From NCBI GenBank assembly GCA_026003235.1, contig BPGW01000001.1, positions 24,224-88,223 on the forward strand: a stretch of 64,000 nt of DNA, given 5' to 3'. Below are positions 35,561 to 44,415 of the stretch, piece after piece. Every line of letters begins with the position of its first letter. Position 1 is the stretch's first letter. This stretch comes from Bacteroidia bacterium. Lineage in GTDB: Bacteria > Bacteroidota > Bacteroidia > SpSt-205. The position numbers and the translations under genes were made by a program. A model generated the notes under the pieces. That model saw nothing but the letters and a program-made list of their open reading frames with translations, ran no database searches and was not told where the DNA came from.

Positions 35561-36999
35561 AAGAGGCGCCCGCCGCCTCACGCACCTCCTTCTGGGCCCA
35601 CCCGAAGGGGCTGTATGTGCTCTTCTTCTCTGAGATGTGGGAGCGCTTCAGCTACTACGGGATGCGGGCCATCCTCGTGCTCTACCTTACGTATTACCTC
35701 GCCTACCGCCGAGAAGCCGCCCTGGAAATCTACGGCCTTTACACCGGCCTGGTATACCTCACCCCGCTCTTGGGGGGCCTGCTGGCAGACCGGTGGTTGG
35801 GGTATCGGGGTACTGTGCTGGCCGGGGCTTTTCTCATGATGCTGGGGCACTTCGCTATGGCCGTGCCTTCCCTCCTTTTCCCCGCCTTAGCTCTGCTCAT
35901 CCTCGGCAACGGCCTCTTCAAGCCCAACATCTCCACCCTCGTCGGCTCCCTCTACCTGTCTGATGATCCCCGCCGCGATGCGGCCTTTACCCTGTTCTAC
36001 ATGGGAATCAACCTGGGAGCGTTTTTCTCTCCCCTTGTCTGTAGCACCCTGGCGGATACCCTGAGTCCGCATTGGGGCTTCGGCGCAGCAGGGGTGGGTA
36101 TGCTTATTAGCCTGGTGATCTTTCTCTCGGGGCTGAAGACCCTCAAACCCGCAGCCAGCTCCTATACCCCCTTCACACGCCAGGAAGGGCTGCGGGTGCT
36201 CGTCACGATTGGGGTAGGGGCCCTCGTCAGTGTAGGCGGCGTGCACTTGGCCCTGCTCCTGGGGCGAAGCACCGTCTCGCTGGCCTTCCGGTGGATGATG
36301 CTGGGCGCAGTGGCCGCCGTGCTGATCTACCTCCTTCTGCGCCTCCAAAGCCGTACCGAATGGAAACGCGTGGGCAGCATTCTCGTCCTGGCTCTCTTCT
36401 CAGCCCTCTTCTGGATGGGATTTGAGCAAGCCGGCGGCACCTTCAACCTCTTTGCCTACGAACACACGAACCGTATCCTGCGCCTGGGCAGCTGGCAAGT
36501 AGAATTTCCCGCTCCCTACTTCCAATCGCTCAATCCGCTGTTGATCTTTATATTGGCGCCACTTTTCTCGGTAGGGTGGGTTTGGCTGGCTCGCCGCCGC
36601 CTGGAGCCCTCTACGCCTGCGAAAATGGCTCTGGGACTTCTGCTTCTGGCAGCGGGTTTCGCCGTAATGACGATCGCCCAGCAGAAAGCTCAACTCCACA
36701 AGGTCAGCCCCCTCTGGCTGGCTTCGGTGTACTTCCTGCATACCTTGGGTGAGCTGTGTCTTTCGCCGGTGGGGCTGTCCATGGTTACCCGGGTCGCGCC
36801 GACCAGCGTAGCTGCCCTCATGATGGGGGTATGGTTTCTTTCTTCGGCCTTTGGAAACTACATGGCCGGCGTTTCCGAAGCCCTCCTGGAACGATACCAC
36901 TTGCCTCTGTACCCCAGCCTTCTGGTCATCAGTGGGGTAGGGGGCCTCTTGCTTTTCCTTCTGGCGCGGCCCCTGCGCCGCTGGATGGAAGCATCCTGA
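35557..36999 (+). CDS. POT/PTR2-family proton-dependent di/tripeptide transporter
   Basis: 480 aa. PTR2 signature FSEMWERFSYYGMRAILVLYL and GGLLADRWLGYR. Its start overlaps the rpsT stop (ATGA). Confidence 0.92.
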   Translation: MKEAPAASRTSFWAHPKGLYVLFFSEMWERFSYYGMRAILVLYLTYYLAYRREAALEIYGLYTGLVYLTPLLGGLLADRWLGYRGTVLAGAFLMMLGHFAMAVPSLLFPALALLILGNGLFKPNISTLVGSLYLSDDPRRDAAFTLFYMGINLGAFFSPLVCSTLADTLSPHWGFGAAGVGMLISLVIFLSGLKTLKPAASSYTPFTRQEGLRVLVTIGVGALVSVGGVHLALLLGRSTVSLAFRWMMLGAVAAVLIYLLLRLQSRTEWKRVGSILVLALFSALFWMGFEQAGGTFNLFAYEHTNRILRLGSWQVEFPAPYFQSLNPLLIFILAPLFSVGWVWLARRRLEPSTPAKMALGLLLLAAGFAVMTIAQQKAQLHKVSPLWLASVYFLHTLGELCLSPVGLSMVTRVAPTSVAALMMGVWFLSSAFGNYMAGVSEALLERYHLPLYPSLLVISGVGGLLLFLLARPLRRWMEAS

Positions 37000-37007
37000 A
37001 GGCTGCG

Positions 37008-37015
37008 TATTTTTG
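37008..37015 (+). promoter_or_regulatory. -7 motif TATTTTTG, 4 nt upstream of ATG 37020
   Basis: Exact TAnnTTTG match. It supports ATG 37020 as the start. Confidence 0.5.
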
Positions 37016-37019
37016 CCCC

Positions 37020-38129
37020 ATGCGTTACTTACTCCTTGCGGGGGTAGGCCTTCTCCTTGCCCAACCCGACCCCCAAGCCAAAGAAGAACTCAACCGAAAC
37101 ATTCGCTTTTACCGGAGCATCGCCCGACGCACCGCGGCTTTCCGCACCAAAGCGCTCCCCAAGCTCAACGGCATCCGCTGGCAAGTCAAAATCGTAAACG
37201 GGGTTTCCGAAACCGCCGCACCCGTAGCCGCAGGAACCCGCGTCTTTGTCGGCGGCAAGGACAAAAACATGTACGCCATCAATATTTCTGACGGAAAGAT
37301 TTTCTGGAAATACACCACAGGCGACTATGTGGCTTGCCCCGCTGCTTACTATGAGGGGAAGGTGTACTTTGGTAGCGACGACGGCTTCTTTTATGCCTTG
37401 GAGGAAAGCAAAAAGGAAATCTGGCGCTTCCAAGCCAACGCCGCTATCCAGAGCCCTCCCGCCATCACGGGTGACATCATTGTCTTTGGGTGCCATGATT
37501 ACAATGTGTACGCCTTAGACCGGAACACCGGCGAAAAGCTGTGGGAATACACCACGGGCCGTGTGGTCCAGTCCGGCCCTGCCATTGCCGACGGGGTCGT
37601 CTATATAGGTTCGGATGACTACAGCGTTTATGCGCTTTCGCTCAAGGAGGGCAAACTGCTCTGGCAGTTCAAGACCGAGAACGAAGTCAATACCACGCCT
37701 ATTGTGTCGGAAGGGCTTGTGTACTTTGGCAGCGATGACGGCAACCTTTATGCCGTAGACGCCAAAAGCGGTATGGAAAAATGGCGTTATGCCACGGGAG
37801 GGAAAGTCACCGCTTCGCCAGCCTTGTCAGAGGACATTGATGTGATTTTTGTAGCCAGCGAGTCTGGGCTTGTGGCAGCCCTGGATAGCAAAACCGGTCA
37901 GGAAAAGTGGACCTTCCGGATCAAAGGCTCTTTCAAAGCCTCCCCCTCCCTGGCGGAAGGCTATCTTTACATCGGAGCGATGGATGGGCAGTTCTACGCT
38001 TTGGAAGTGCCCACGGGTAAAGTCGCTTGGAAGACCAAGCTGGACGCGCCCATTCAGGCGGCGGCTCATATCCTGGACGGGTCGGTGTATGTGTTGACCA
38101 GCGCCGGCACCCTCTACGCCCTCCACTAA
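37020..38129 (+). CDS. PQQ-like beta-propeller repeat protein (BamB-like family)
   Basis: From ORF 36756..38129, with the start at ATG 37020 (MRYLLLAGVGLLLAQ signal). Repeated G.VY.GS.DG..YA.D..TG...W motifs (at least 7 blades). Confidence 0.8.
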   Translation: MRYLLLAGVGLLLAQPDPQAKEELNRNIRFYRSIARRTAAFRTKALPKLNGIRWQVKIVNGVSETAAPVAAGTRVFVGGKDKNMYAINISDGKIFWKYTTGDYVACPAAYYEGKVYFGSDDGFFYALEESKKEIWRFQANAAIQSPPAITGDIIVFGCHDYNVYALDRNTGEKLWEYTTGRVVQSGPAIADGVVYIGSDDYSVYALSLKEGKLLWQFKTENEVNTTPIVSEGLVYFGSDDGNLYAVDAKSGMEKWRYATGGKVTASPALSEDIDVIFVASESGLVAALDSKTGQEKWTFRIKGSFKASPSLAEGYLYIGAMDGQFYALEVPTGKVAWKTKLDAPIQAAAHILDGSVYVLTSAGTLYALH

Positions 38130-38133
38130 CAAA

Positions 38134-39042
38134 GTGGTCCGAGCCTTCCTCACGATAAGCCTGATACATGCCCTTATGGCTCAGCCCATCGCTATCGCCA
38201 TCCACGGCGGGGCCGGCAACATTCGCCCAGAAAACCTCCCGCCTGAGAAGGCCCAGAAAGTAGAAGCTTACCTCCGTTCCGTCGTAGAAGAAGCTTATAC
38301 CCTCCTCCAGCAGGGCCGCATGGCCTTAGAAGTGGTGGAGATTGCGGTTCGTCGGCTGGAGGATGCGGGCTTCTTCAACGCTGGGGCTGGCGCGGTGCCC
38401 AACGCCCGCGGAGAGGTAGAACTGGACGCCGCCATCATGGACGGCCACAACCGCCGGGCCGGCGCCGTCGCAGCCGTGAAAAAAGTCCGCAACCCCATCA
38501 CCTTGGCCCGCTTAGTCATGGAGCGAACGCCGCACGTGCTGATCGTAGGCCAAGGGGCTGATAGCTTGGCGCAGGCTTGGGAGCTCCCCTTACGCAACGA
38601 AGCCGCCCCCTTGCCTGAAGTGCCCTGGAGCTATGGCACCGTCGGCGCCGTGGCCTTAGACAAATACGGCAACCTTGCCGCCGCCACATCTACGGGAGGG
38701 ATCACGGGCAAAATGGCCGGCAGGGTGGGGGACTCTCCCCTGATTGGCGCGGGCACCTACGCTGAAAATGGCCTCATAGCCCTCTCGGCTACAGGGCAGG
38801 GAGAGTATTTTATCCGTAGCGTCCTGGCTTACGACATCGCTGCCCGCCTACGATACCAGGGCAGCTCCCCTTCCCAAGCTATCCAGGAAGCCTTCCGGGA
38901 TAGGCTGGAACCCCTTGGCGGCCAGGGAGGGATCATCGCCGTCACGCCCACAGGAGAAGTCCTCTTTCACTTCAACACCCCAGGCATGTACCGAGCCAGC
39001 AAGGACGCACGCGGTCAGCTCACGGTAGGGATTTTCCGATGA
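38134..39042 (+). CDS. Isoaspartyl peptidase / L-asparaginase (Ntn hydrolase, plant-type)
   Basis: 302 aa with a GTG start. IAIAIHGGAGN, autoprocessing site GTVGAVALD, GGITGKMAGRVGDSPLIGAG. Confidence 0.9.
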   Translation: MVRAFLTISLIHALMAQPIAIAIHGGAGNIRPENLPPEKAQKVEAYLRSVVEEAYTLLQQGRMALEVVEIAVRRLEDAGFFNAGAGAVPNARGEVELDAAIMDGHNRRAGAVAAVKKVRNPITLARLVMERTPHVLIVGQGADSLAQAWELPLRNEAAPLPEVPWSYGTVGAVALDKYGNLAAATSTGGITGKMAGRVGDSPLIGAGTYAENGLIALSATGQGEYFIRSVLAYDIAARLRYQGSSPSQAIQEAFRDRLEPLGGQGGIIAVTPTGEVLFHFNTPGMYRASKDARGQLTVGIFR

Positions 39043-40718
39043 GCAGCGCCCTGCCCGCATGGCTCAGCGAACTTGCCCGCCAGTACTACGCTGGCCGTAC
39101 TTGTCTTTTCCTTCTGCACGGCAACATCCACGATCAGGTCTGGTACGAAGCAAAAGCCCATCCTTTTCGCAGCTTCCTGCAGCAGGTCGTCTTTCGCCGG
39201 CGAGACTTGGTGCTCACCTACAACCGCGCCACAGGTCTGGCCTATCGGGATGAAAAAACCCGCCAGGACGCAGAACGGTTTCTTCGCCAGGTCCTGGAAA
39301 AGCCTGTTTTCCCGCGTACCCCCAGCGAAGCACTCCCCCTCCTGCACCACTACTTCCAGCAGAGGCTCAGCGAAGGCCGCCGCATCGCCTTCATTGTAGA
39401 GTTTGCTGAAACCCTCGTGCCCGCCGTAGGCACCAGCCTCTCAGCCGAAGAGCGCACCACCCTCCTGTATTTCCTCCGGTGGGCCCAAGACCCGCTTTTT
39501 CTCCGTTCGGACCTCACCATCCTTCTCCTGAGCGAGAGCCTGAGCGAAGTACATCCCAAGCTGGTGAGCAACCCCCATGTTTCGGCTATCCGTGTTCCGT
39601 ACCCCGACGAAGGCACCCGAAAGGCGTTCATTCAGGCTTTTCTACAGCAATCGCCCCTGACCGGCAAGCTCACACCGTCGCCTTCGGCTGCCTCGCTTGC
39701 GGTGGCCTTAGGAGGGCTGACGTTGGTGCAGATAGAGAAGCTCCTTTCTGAGATCGCGCATAGCCCCAGCCCCTGGACGGAAGGCGAACTCCTTGAGCGA
39801 AAAAAGATGCTCGTGGAAGCTCATGCGGGAGGCTTGCTGGAATTCATGAGCACCCACTTTACGCTGGATGCCGTGGCAGGCCACCACGCCGCCAAAGCCT
39901 ACCTGCGTTCTATTGCCCAGGCGCTGCGAGAGGGACACTCCCAAGGGATTCCCATGGGATTTCTGGTGGTGGGGCCTGTAGGTACGGGAAAAACCTTCCT
40001 TCTGCGGTGCTTTGCCGGAGAGATAGGGGTGCCCATGGTCCAACTCAAAAACTTCCGTTCCCCGTGGGTAGGAGAAACCGAAGCCAACTTAGAGCGGATT
40101 CTGGCGCTTTTGGAAGCGCTGGCTCCGATCGCCGTGGTGATAGACGAAGCAGACACCCAGTTAGGGAGCCGGGAACGGGGAGGTGACAGCGGCGTCTCAG
40201 CCAGGGTCTTCGGTAAACTGGCCAGCTTCATGAGCGATCCGAGGCACCGAGGACGCATTTTGTGGTTTCTCCTTACAGCCCGTCCTGATTTGCTACCGGT
40301 AGACTTCAAGCGGCAAGGTCGCGCTGAAGAGCATATTCCTCTTTTCCCCCCGACCGCTCCGGAAGAAAAAGAAGAGTTTGTTCGGGCGCTTGCTTCTCGG
40401 TTAGGCTTTCCTCCCCTGGAGGTGCCTCCTGACCGGTGGGCGGACCTTCCTTCTTTCTCAGGCGCAGAATGGGAAGCTATTCTTACCCGAGCCCGACTGC
40501 AGGCTTTCCTCGCCGGCCAAGCCACCCCCTCCTGGCACCACATAGAGAGCGCGATGCAGGACTTCTTGCCCCCCACTTATCCCGAGGAGATTGAGTACAT
40601 GACCTTGCTGGCGGTGCTGGAGTGCACCCGCCGAAGCCTCCTGCCGCCGCTTTACCAAAATCTCCCTCGCGCCGCCCTGCTGGAACGGCTAAGAGCTCTA
40701 CGAAGCCTCATTGGGTAG
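39039..40718 (+). CDS. AAA+ ATPase, Ycf46-like architecture (degenerate N-terminal domain plus one classic AAA module)
   Basis: 559 aa. Walker A GPVGTGKTF, Walker B AVVIDEADTQ, DSGVSARVFGKLASFM, and RQGRAEEHIPLFPP (arginine-finger region). The N-terminal ~300 aa has no P-loop (CLFLLHGNIHDQVWYE). The start overlaps the preceding stop (ATGA). Confidence 0.78.
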   Translation: MSSALPAWLSELARQYYAGRTCLFLLHGNIHDQVWYEAKAHPFRSFLQQVVFRRRDLVLTYNRATGLAYRDEKTRQDAERFLRQVLEKPVFPRTPSEALPLLHHYFQQRLSEGRRIAFIVEFAETLVPAVGTSLSAEERTTLLYFLRWAQDPLFLRSDLTILLLSESLSEVHPKLVSNPHVSAIRVPYPDEGTRKAFIQAFLQQSPLTGKLTPSPSAASLAVALGGLTLVQIEKLLSEIAHSPSPWTEGELLERKKMLVEAHAGGLLEFMSTHFTLDAVAGHHAAKAYLRSIAQALREGHSQGIPMGFLVVGPVGTGKTFLLRCFAGEIGVPMVQLKNFRSPWVGETEANLERILALLEALAPIAVVIDEADTQLGSRERGGDSGVSARVFGKLASFMSDPRHRGRILWFLLTARPDLLPVDFKRQGRAEEHIPLFPPTAPEEKEEFVRALASRLGFPPLEVPPDRWADLPSFSGAEWEAILTRARLQAFLAGQATPSWHHIESAMQDFLPPTYPEEIEYMTLLAVLECTRRSLLPPLYQNLPRAALLERLRALRSLIG

Positions 40719-40725
40719 GTTTTGT

Positions 40726-40733
40726 TATCTTTG
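40726..40733 (+). promoter_or_regulatory. -7 motif TATCTTTG, 4 nt upstream of ATG 40738
   Basis: Exact TAnnTTTG match in the short gap after the AAA+ gene (stop at 40716..40718). Confidence 0.5.
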
Positions 40734-40737
40734 GTGT

Positions 40738-41061
40738 ATGCTCACCGTGAGTCCGCGTGCGGCGGCTCGCATCCGAGCCATCCAAGCCGAAGAAGGCCAC
40801 GAAAAAGCCGCCCTCCGCATAGAAGTAAAGGCCGGCGGTTGCTCAGGCCTTACGTATGACCTCTCCTTCGCTACAGAACCGGGCCCTCAGGACCTTGTCT
40901 TTGAGTCCGAAGGCATCACCCTCTATGTGCCCAAAAAAAGCCTCCTTTACCTCGTCGGCACCGAGCTGGACTTTACCGACGGGCTGAACGGCCGAGGCTT
41001 CCACTTCAAGAACCCGAACGCTACCCGTACCTGCGCTTGTGGCACAAGTTTTGCCGTCTGA
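40738..41061 (+). CDS. Iron-sulfur cluster insertion protein (HesB/IscA/ErpA family)
   Basis: From ORF 40711..41061, with the start at ATG 40738. ALRIEVKAGGCSGLTYDL and C-terminal CACGTSF (three conserved Cys). Confidence 0.9.
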   Translation: MLTVSPRAAARIRAIQAEEGHEKAALRIEVKAGGCSGLTYDLSFATEPGPQDLVFESEGITLYVPKKSLLYLVGTELDFTDGLNGRGFHFKNPNATRTCACGTSFAV

Positions 41062-41067
41062 ACCGGT

Positions 41068-41718
41068 ATGGAAAGGCTGCGGCCTGGCTGGTTTCTGCAA
41101 GGGCTGTGGGACGCAGAGTATCAGCAGTATCGCCTTTTAGCCTACCTGGCTCGGGTCCGCAGAGAGTATTTAGCCCAGCGGCTTTACCCCCACCTCGCTG
41201 ACCTCGTGGCCTCTTACGAAGAAATGCGCACCCTCTCTCGCCAAGTCGAGGAAGCAGACCCTACCCCAGAACTGGAAACCCTCCAGGAAATCCTCACTTT
41301 CTCCCTTCCTCGGCTGGAGTCCTCCATTGAAGAAGGTCGCGTCCTGTACGAAACCATCGCCCAATCCCTCTACGTACAAGTCGTAGGCGTAGTGCCCATG
41401 TACCGGGACGAAGGGTATGTCCTCTTGCGGCGAGGCACCGAAAGGGAGATTCATGTCTACCTCTACGAACTGCGTCGCATGTACGACGCTCAGGGGCAGC
41501 AGGTAGCTATCCGCCTTTCCTTTGTGGGGACTTATGACCAAGTTGGATTTTTTTCGGTGCGAGAAAGGCTCCTGGCGGAACGTAAGGATCTCCCTGTACC
41601 CCTTACGCTGGGGGTAGAGAGTCCTTGGGAGCTGCCGATTGAACCCACGCTGCTACCGATTATTCAGCGCGCCTTACCGAAATGGACCCAGATAGCGGCG
41701 CAGGGCGGACTGGCCTAA
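41068..41718 (+). CDS. Hypothetical protein
   Basis: 216 aa, 6 nt after the IscA-like gene, with coding-like composition. I recognise no motif. Its 3' end overlaps the convergent flippase gene by 45 nt. Confidence 0.5.
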   Translation: MERLRPGWFLQGLWDAEYQQYRLLAYLARVRREYLAQRLYPHLADLVASYEEMRTLSRQVEEADPTPELETLQEILTFSLPRLESSIEEGRVLYETIAQSLYVQVVGVVPMYRDEGYVLLRRGTEREIHVYLYELRRMYDAQGQQVAIRLSFVGTYDQVGFFSVRERLLAERKDLPVPLTLGVESPWELPIEPTLLPIIQRALPKWTQIAAQGGLA

Positions 41719-43206
41719 TTTCAGCCCCACGCTCCAGAGCTGGCGTAGAAGTAGCCTTTTGCGGGCTCCGCTTTTGCCCTTGAGCTCGGCCGCTACATAA
41801 AGCAGGGTTATCCCTCCCACGCAGGCCGCCACCCCCCCGGGAGAGTCCCAAGAAAGGTAAGCCACCGCAGAAAAGCCCCAAGCCGCCAAGCTTCTAACAT
41901 AGCTCCTCCAGACCCAGACACGCCAGAGAGTCCCACCAGCTCCCTTGCCCAGCCAGTAGGTAGCCCAAACCATGGCCGATGCGGCCCCTACCACAGACGC
42001 CCAGAAGAAATACCCAACCTTGACCAGCCAGGGCGTCGCACCAAGCTGCATCAGACCTAAAAAGCCATTCAGCAGGAAGACCGAACGAAAGAAACCTCTC
42101 CCCTGCAGAAAAGCGGTAAGCGGGGTGAAGAGCACCGAGGCGATCCACGAACCCACCGCTCCCGCCAGAATGCGCCTTTCCACCGGGCCTATTCTAATAG
42201 GCAGGGACCGCTCTATGAGCACCCAAGCCGCCCACAAAAACCCCCACACCACCACGCTCCCAAACAAGAGCAGCCACACCACCTGACTCAGCCGAAAGCG
42301 CTGGCGCAAAGCCGACTCCGCCACAGAACCAAACACCGGAAAAAGCACCTCAGAGATTTTATACAGCACCGCTCCTGCCTTCACAAGGAGGTAATGCACA
42401 GCCGTGTAAAAACCCATAATGCTGAGTGAAACCCACCGGCCGATCAGCGTGCGCTCGGTATAATTGAGCAGAATACCCATTCCTCCCAAGAGAGAAAGCC
42501 ATGGGCTGCTTTTGAGCAGACCACCCAGTCGGCCTACAGCCCCAGGAAGCAAGAGCCGCCCCGCTAAAAAGCTCCCGCCCAGCCATTGGCCCAGCCCGTA
42601 AAGGGCATACCCTATCAGGATGGCTTGAGCCGCAAGGAGAGGGGTCCTTTGGGGAGCCAGAGCTATCACCAGAAAAGGCAGAAAACCCTGTAAGAGGCCT
42701 TGCAGAAAAGTGCTGAAAGCCACCCACCGAGGACGACGCAGGGCAATGGGGACCCAAGCCACAAGGATCCCGGTCTGAATACCCCATACAGCGGGCACGA
42801 CCAGCCATCGGACCTCACGCAGCAGGGCCTGCTGAGCCGCAGAAAGCGTCAGCAGCTTAGCCAGCAAGGCAGGGCCAGAGAATAGCCAGAATCCGCTCAA
42901 GGCTGCCGATACGAGCCAGACTCCCGCCAGCGCCGCCCGAACGAAAGCCCATCCTTCCTTCAACCGCCCTACAGAAGCGTTTGCGGTGAGCCTTTGCGCC
43001 ATAACTTCGCCTAAGCCCAGATTGAAAAGGTGTGCTTGGCTTACTAAGCCCGTGATGTACATGACGAGGCCATACTCGCTCCGCCCCAGCCACCGAAGAA
43101 GAAATACCGGCAAGGCCACCGCAGCAACCCCCCCCAGTCCATAGCCCACCAGGTTCCACACAACCCCTCTCGCTACCGCCCTCTGCTCCACGCGGCGAAA
43201 ATGCAA
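41674..43206 (-). CDS. Polysaccharide/oligosaccharide flippase (MOP superfamily, Wzx/MurJ-like)
   Basis: 510 aa with at least 12 predicted TM helices. The N-terminus (VWNLVGYGLGGVAAVALPVFLLRWLGRSEYG) is typical of polysaccharide-biosynthesis flippases. The exact start is uncertain (TTG at 43206 in the track). Confidence 0.65.
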   Translation of the reverse strand: MHFRRVEQRAVARGVVWNLVGYGLGGVAAVALPVFLLRWLGRSEYGLVMYITGLVSQAHLFNLGLGEVMAQRLTANASVGRLKEGWAFVRAALAGVWLVSAALSGFWLFSGPALLAKLLTLSAAQQALLREVRWLVVPAVWGIQTGILVAWVPIALRRPRWVAFSTFLQGLLQGFLPFLVIALAPQRTPLLAAQAILIGYALYGLGQWLGGSFLAGRLLLPGAVGRLGGLLKSSPWLSLLGGMGILLNYTERTLIGRWVSLSIMGFYTAVHYLLVKAGAVLYKISEVLFPVFGSVAESALRQRFRLSQVVWLLLFGSVVVWGFLWAAWVLIERSLPIRIGPVERRILAGAVGSWIASVLFTPLTAFLQGRGFFRSVFLLNGFLGLMQLGATPWLVKVGYFFWASVVGAASAMVWATYWLGKGAGGTLWRVWVWRSYVRSLAAWGFSAVAYLSWDSPGGVAACVGGITLLYVAAELKGKSGARKRLLLRQLWSVGLKLGQSALRRYLGPFR

Positions 43207-43245
43207 AGTTCCCCTTACTCAGGCCCATGTTCCAGCTCCTGTTTG

Positions 43246-43253
43246 TAGGTTTG
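43246..43253 (+). promoter_or_regulatory. -7 motif TAGGTTTG, 5 nt upstream of ATG 43259
   Basis: Exact TAnnTTTG match. Confidence 0.5.
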
Positions 43254-43258
43254 CAGGT

Positions 43259-44410
43259 ATGCAGCCGCTTCCTCACTACCAGGTTCACCCAGAGCGGGGC
43301 TTTCTGCCGCCTGAAGACCCTTTGGTAGAACTGCCTGCTGCGCTGGCTCCTTGGGACGAACTGGCTTACGACCTGCCTAAGCTCCTGGTGAGTGGGCGCA
43401 TTAGGCGATTTCTACGGGAACTGCCCCTTTTGGATCCGACGCCGTTCTTACAGACCGAAAGGGAATGGCGGCGAGCTATGCAGGCCCTCTCGTATCTGGG
43501 CCACGCCTGGGTATGGGGAGAAGACACACCTACAGACCGCCTCCCCGCCAACCTCGCCTTACCGTGGCACCAGGTGGCTCAAAAGCTGGGCCGTCCTCCC
43601 GTGCTCTCTTACGCCTCTTATGCCCTGGACAACTGGCGGCGTCTTGAGCCTGAAGGCCCTATTGCCCTTGACAACCTCGCCCTCCTGCAAAACTTCCTGG
43701 GAGGGCTTGATGAGGAGTGGTTCATCTTGGTCCATGTAGCCATAGAAGCGGCTGCGGCACCGGCGATTCGCGCTTTACCCGAGCTTGTGCAGGCCTTCCA
43801 AGCCGATAACCCTACCGAAGCCGAAGCTGCCCTCGCCCAAATTGAGCCGGCTCTGCAAGCCATGTACCAGATCCTGCTGCGCATGCCAGAGAAGTGCGAC
43901 CCTTACATCTACTATCACCGGGTGCGGCCCTACATCCATGGCTGGAAAAACAACCCGGCCTTGCCGGAAGGTCTCTACTACGAAGGTGTAGAGGCCTTCG
44001 CAGGCCAACCCCAGCAGCTGCGCGGCGAAACCGGCGCCCAAAGCTCCATTGTACCCGCCCTGGATGCCGCCTTCGGAATTACCCATGCAGACGATCCTTT
44101 GCGAGCGTACCTGCGCGAAATGCTGGATTACATGCCGCCGGCTCACCGGGCCTTTGTGCTGGATCTGGAAAAGTACGAGGTAGACCATCGCTTTTTTGCC
44201 CGAACCCCTGCTCTTAAAAAGCTCTACAACCAGTGCGTGCACTGGCTGGAACGCTTCCGTACTAAGCACCTGGAGTACGCCGCGCAGTACATTGCCCGCC
44301 AACACCAGAAAAGCGCCACCAACCCCACCGAGGTGGGCACTGGCGGCACGCCTTTCATGCCTTACCTGGCTAAACACCGCGACGAAACCCAATCCCATCT
44401 CCTTCCCTGA
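43259..44410 (+). CDS. Indoleamine 2,3-dioxygenase (IDO) family haem dioxygenase
   Basis: 383 aa. It is collinear with animal and fungal IDO: YHRVRPYIHGWKNNP, GETGAQSSIVPALDAAFGI (IDO: GGSAGQSS), YMPPAHRAF, GTGGTPFMPYL. Confidence 0.9.
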   Translation: MQPLPHYQVHPERGFLPPEDPLVELPAALAPWDELAYDLPKLLVSGRIRRFLRELPLLDPTPFLQTEREWRRAMQALSYLGHAWVWGEDTPTDRLPANLALPWHQVAQKLGRPPVLSYASYALDNWRRLEPEGPIALDNLALLQNFLGGLDEEWFILVHVAIEAAAAPAIRALPELVQAFQADNPTEAEAALAQIEPALQAMYQILLRMPEKCDPYIYYHRVRPYIHGWKNNPALPEGLYYEGVEAFAGQPQQLRGETGAQSSIVPALDAAFGITHADDPLRAYLREMLDYMPPAHRAFVLDLEKYEVDHRFFARTPALKKLYNQCVHWLERFRTKHLEYAAQYIARQHQKSATNPTEVGTGGTPFMPYLAKHRDETQSHLLP

Positions 44411-44415
44411 CGCTT

